From a bacterium UBP13_UBA5359 (lineage in GTDB: Bacteria > UBP13 > UBA5359), in contig DHPR01000033.1 of assembly GCA_002410925.1 (NCBI GenBank), positions 1-64,000 on the forward strand: a stretch of 64,000 nucleotides of DNA, written 5' to 3'. This document shows positions 62,531-64,000 of this stretch, piece after piece. The notes below the pieces were generated by a model. The model was not told where the DNA came from and made no database searches. It was given only the letters and a program-made list of their open reading frames with translations. Positions within the stretch are counted from its first letter, which is position 1; each line of letters begins with the position of its first letter. The position numbers and the translations under genes are program-made.

Positions 62531-63718
62531 ATGAATAAAAAAACAATCAGAGATATAGATGTTGCCGGAAAACGAGTGCTTGTCAGAGTGGATTTCAATG
62601 TGCCTCTGGATGAGAACCGTAAGATTACGGATGACAGACGTATAAAGGCTGCGCTTCCGACTATAAATTACCTCCTTGAGAAGGGCGGCCGGGTCATACT
62701 TGTATCGCATCTCGGACGTCCCAGGGGACAGGTTGTTGATAAGCTTCGTCTCGATCCCGTTGCAGAACGGCTTAGCGAGTTGCTTGGACGCAGCGTTCTT
62801 AAGCTTGATGACAGCATCGGCCCTGACGTAGAAGGCGCTGTTGCCGGTATGAAAGACGGCGATCTTATTTTACTGGAAAATATTCGCTTTTATTCTGAAG
62901 AAGAAAAGAATGCTTCTGATTTTTCATGTAAGTTAGCGGCATTGGCCGATATTTATGTTAATGATGCCTTCGGCACCGCTCACAGAGCCCACGCTTCAAC
63001 CGAGGGAGTGGCGCATTATATCAAGCCTGCAGTGGCAGGCTTCCTGATGGAGAAAGAGCTTGATTATTTGGGGCGCTCTTTGGAGAACCCGGAGAGGCCA
63101 TTTGTGGCTGTGCTCGGCGGGGCTAAGGTGTCTGATAAGATACCTGTAATAGAGAACCTTCTTAACAAGGTGGACACGTTGCTCATCGGCGGCGGTATGG
63201 CCTATACCTTCCTTTACAGTCTTGGGCATCAGGTTGGACGCTCCCTGCTGGAAGCAGATAAGGTTGAGATGGCTGCAGAACTGCTGCGCAAGGCAAAAGA
63301 GAAAAAAGTAGTCCTGCTGTTGCCGGTGGATGTGGTGATCACATCTGAGCTGACAGAGGATGCCGAGACTCATGTGGTGGATATCGATAAGATTCCCGAA
63401 GATATGATGGCTGCCGATATCGGACAGGAAACCGTACGGATGTTCGGTGATATGATCCGTACCGCGCGAACCGTGATCTGGAACGGCCCTATGGGTGTTT
63501 TTGAAATGAAGCCCTTTGCCGAAGGCACCAGAAAGATCGCCGAGGCTATGGCTGAGTGCAAGGGCACGACAATAATCGGCGGAGGAGATTCCGCGGCGGC
63601 TGTGGAGCAGATGGGATATGCCGAGCAGATGAGCCATATATCCACCGGCGGCGGCGCATCGCTGGAATTCCTTGAGGGAAAGGAACTGCCCGGTGTCGCT
63701 GTTCTGGATGATAAATGA
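62531..63718 (+). CDS. pgk: Phosphoglycerate kinase
   Basis: [40 protein letters not shown]. Confidence 0.99.
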   Translation: MNKKTIRDIDVAGKRVLVRVDFNVPLDENRKITDDRRIKAALPTINYLLEKGGRVILVSHLGRPRGQVVDKLRLDPVAERLSELLGRSVLKLDDSIGPDVEGAVAGMKDGDLILLENIRFYSEEEKNASDFSCKLAALADIYVNDAFGTAHRAHASTEGVAHYIKPAVAGFLMEKELDYLGRSLENPERPFVAVLGGAKVSDKIPVIENLLNKVDTLLIGGGMAYTFLYSLGHQVGRSLLEADKVEMAAELLRKAKEKKVVLLLPVDVVITSELTEDAETHVVDIDKIPEDMMAADIGQETVRMFGDMIRTARTVIWNGPMGVFEMKPFAEGTRKIAEAMAECKGTTIIGGGDSAAAVEQMGYAEQMSHISTGGGASLEFLEGKELPGVAVLDDK

Positions 63719-63822
63719 TCCAAATATAGGAACCGGAAGGCATGAGCCTCTTTTGTTCAGGCTTTTATGCAAATTCCGATTTTTTATATTCTAAATGTTA
63801 AATCAACGAGGAGTGTAAGAGA

Positions 63823-64000
63823 ATGCGTAAACCTATTATTGCCGGAAACTGGAAATTGAACAAGCTGGTTAACGGTGCTATGGAGCTTATAGATGACCTG
63901 AAGCCTCGGATATCCGGGGCAGAGAATGTTGAAGTGGTTGTTTGTCCTCCCTTTACGGCCTTGTATGCCGTTAATATGAGCGTTGGAGACAGCAACATAA
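63823..64000 (+). CDS. tpiA: Triosephosphate isomerase (partial, runs off window)
   Basis: Hand translation MRKPIIAGNWKLNK...EVVVCPPFTAL; absent from the ORF track because it is truncated. Confidence 0.95.
   Translation, partial: MRKPIIAGNWKLNKLVNGAMELIDDLKPRISGAENVEVVVCPPFTALYAVNMSVGDSNI

Overview
A 64-kb chromosomal segment, almost all on the + strand, from a bacterium with Firmicutes-like housekeeping gene order but outer-membrane-type genes. A diderm Terrabacteria lineage such as Armatimonadota is an inference only. Contents in order: gltX, a five-tRNA cluster, a CopB-type ATPase, an orphan polysaccharide export pair and rpsT-murJ-lepA-coaE-SLT. Next is a 15-kb cell-surface locus: a ~3,260-aa CsgG/FlgT-like + Ig-repeat protein, two zinc-ribbon membrane proteins, an FN3-LptD-like barrel and a PorV/UPF0164-like barrel. 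The rest is uvrB-uvrA-cinA-recA-recX-rny-ymdB-rbfA-nrnA-truB-ribF-rpsO-pnp-dapB-asd-dapA-udg-rnj-ftsK-rimO-uvrC-yvlD-rapZ-yvcK-gap-pgk-tpiA(partial). No integrase, transposase or CRISPR array was seen. The most interesting signals are (1) a 32-37 nt non-palindromic element shared upstream of uvrA, recA and uvrC, separate from the canonical LexA box at recA; (2) the giant-protein/beta-barrel surface locus; (3) two multi-stem candidate RNAs, between cinA and recA and between asd and dapA; and (4) unusual tRNAs (near-identical Glu/Asp bodies, and a tRNA-Ser lacking U8/A14). All calls are by eye; no database search or folding program was run.
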